DNA of 62,848 bases, filler included, from Nemertoderma westbladi (taxonomy: Eukaryota; Animalia; Xenacoelomorpha): the NCBI GenBank assembly GCA_032718475.1. It is 3 parts of 3 records of this genome, joined end to end, with 100 filler letters (N's around TTAATTAATTAA, not from the genome) between each part and the next. Parts side by side here need not be neighbours in the genome. Positions count along the whole stretch, not along the records: positions 50,944 to 62,848 come from JAUCBJ010002041.1; 2 more parts are not named here. One strand, 5' to 3'. The translations under genes and the position numbers were made by a program. The notes under the pieces were generated by a model. It ran no database searches, was not told the origin of the DNA, and was given only the letters and a program-made list of their open reading frames with translations. Shown one piece after another: positions 62,196 through 62,848 of the stretch (the first letter of the stretch is position 1; each line of letters opens with the position of its first letter).

Positions 62196-62848
62196 TAGGC
62201 CTAATCACTCCTCTCTCCACCCCCAGTGCAGTAGGTAGTAGGCGTAATCACTCCCCTCTCCACCCCCAGTGCAGTAGGAAGTAGACCTAATCACTCCCCT
62301 CTCCACCCCCAGTGCAGTAGGTAGTAGGCCTAAAAACTCCCCTCTCCACCCCCAGTGCAGTAGGTAGTGGGCCTAATAACTCCCCTCTCCACCCCCAGTG
62401 CAGTAGGTAGTAGGCCTGATCACTCCTGTCTCCACCCCCAGTGCAGTAGGAAGTAGACCTAATCACTCCCCTCTCCACCCCCAGTGCAGTAGGAAGTAGA
62501 CCTAATCACTCCCCTCTCCACCCCCAGTGCAGTAGGTAGTAGGCCTAATAACTCCCCTCTCCACCCCCAGTGCAGTAAGTAGTGGGCCTAATAACTCCCC
62601 TCTCCACCCCCAGTGCAGTAGGTAGTAGGCCTGATCACTCCTGTCTCCACCCCCAGTGCAGTAGGTACTGTAGTAGGCCTAATCACTCCCCTCTTCACCA
62701 CCAGTGCAGTAGTTAGTAGGCCTAATCTCTCCCCTCTCCACCCCCAGTGCAGTAGGTAGTAGGCCTAATCACTCCCCTCTCCACCCCCAGTGCAGTAGGT
62801 AGTAGGCCTAATAACTCCCCTCTCCACCCCCAGTGCAGTAGGTAGTAG
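62196..62848. repeat. 41-bp minisatellite (TAGGCCTAATCACTCCCCTCTCCACCCCCAGTGCAGTAGGTAG-like), running off the window
   Basis: About 16 tandem units, directly visible. Confidence 0.95.

Overview
AT-rich, repeat-dense eukaryotic (probably invertebrate animal) genomic DNA with two 100-bp scaffold gaps; there is no prokaryotic content and no CRISPR array. The main feature is a ~19-kb endogenous Polinton/Maverick (adintovirus-like) DNA virus at ~27064-46290. Its + strand carries a virion module: two minor-capsid/penton paralogs, a core protein with an amphipathic helix, the major capsid protein, an adenain-type protease and a DEDD-like nuclease. Its convergent - strand carries a PC4-like gene, an unknown ORF, a protein-primed PolB with an HNH/EndoVII insertion and, unusually, a TATA-binding-protein-like gene overlapping the PolB end. 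Upstream of the PC4-like gene, an imperfect hairpin encloses a 73/74-identical copy of part of that gene. The virus has since been hit by a solo LTR (5-bp TSD) and a full-length LINE; no integrase or packaging ATPase is visible. The rest of the window holds a 13-finger C2H2 zinc-finger gene with one frameshift, a fibrinogen-domain gene, a class I myosin exon missed by the ORF track, several RTE LINE copies, a decayed BEL/Pao element, a Gypsy RT fragment, a 4.9-kb foldback transposon, hAT-, Transib-, Kolobok- and Merlin-like MITEs, satellites, and many TA-anchored palindromes that look like transposon excision footprints. All family calls come from motif recognition by eye; no database searches were run.
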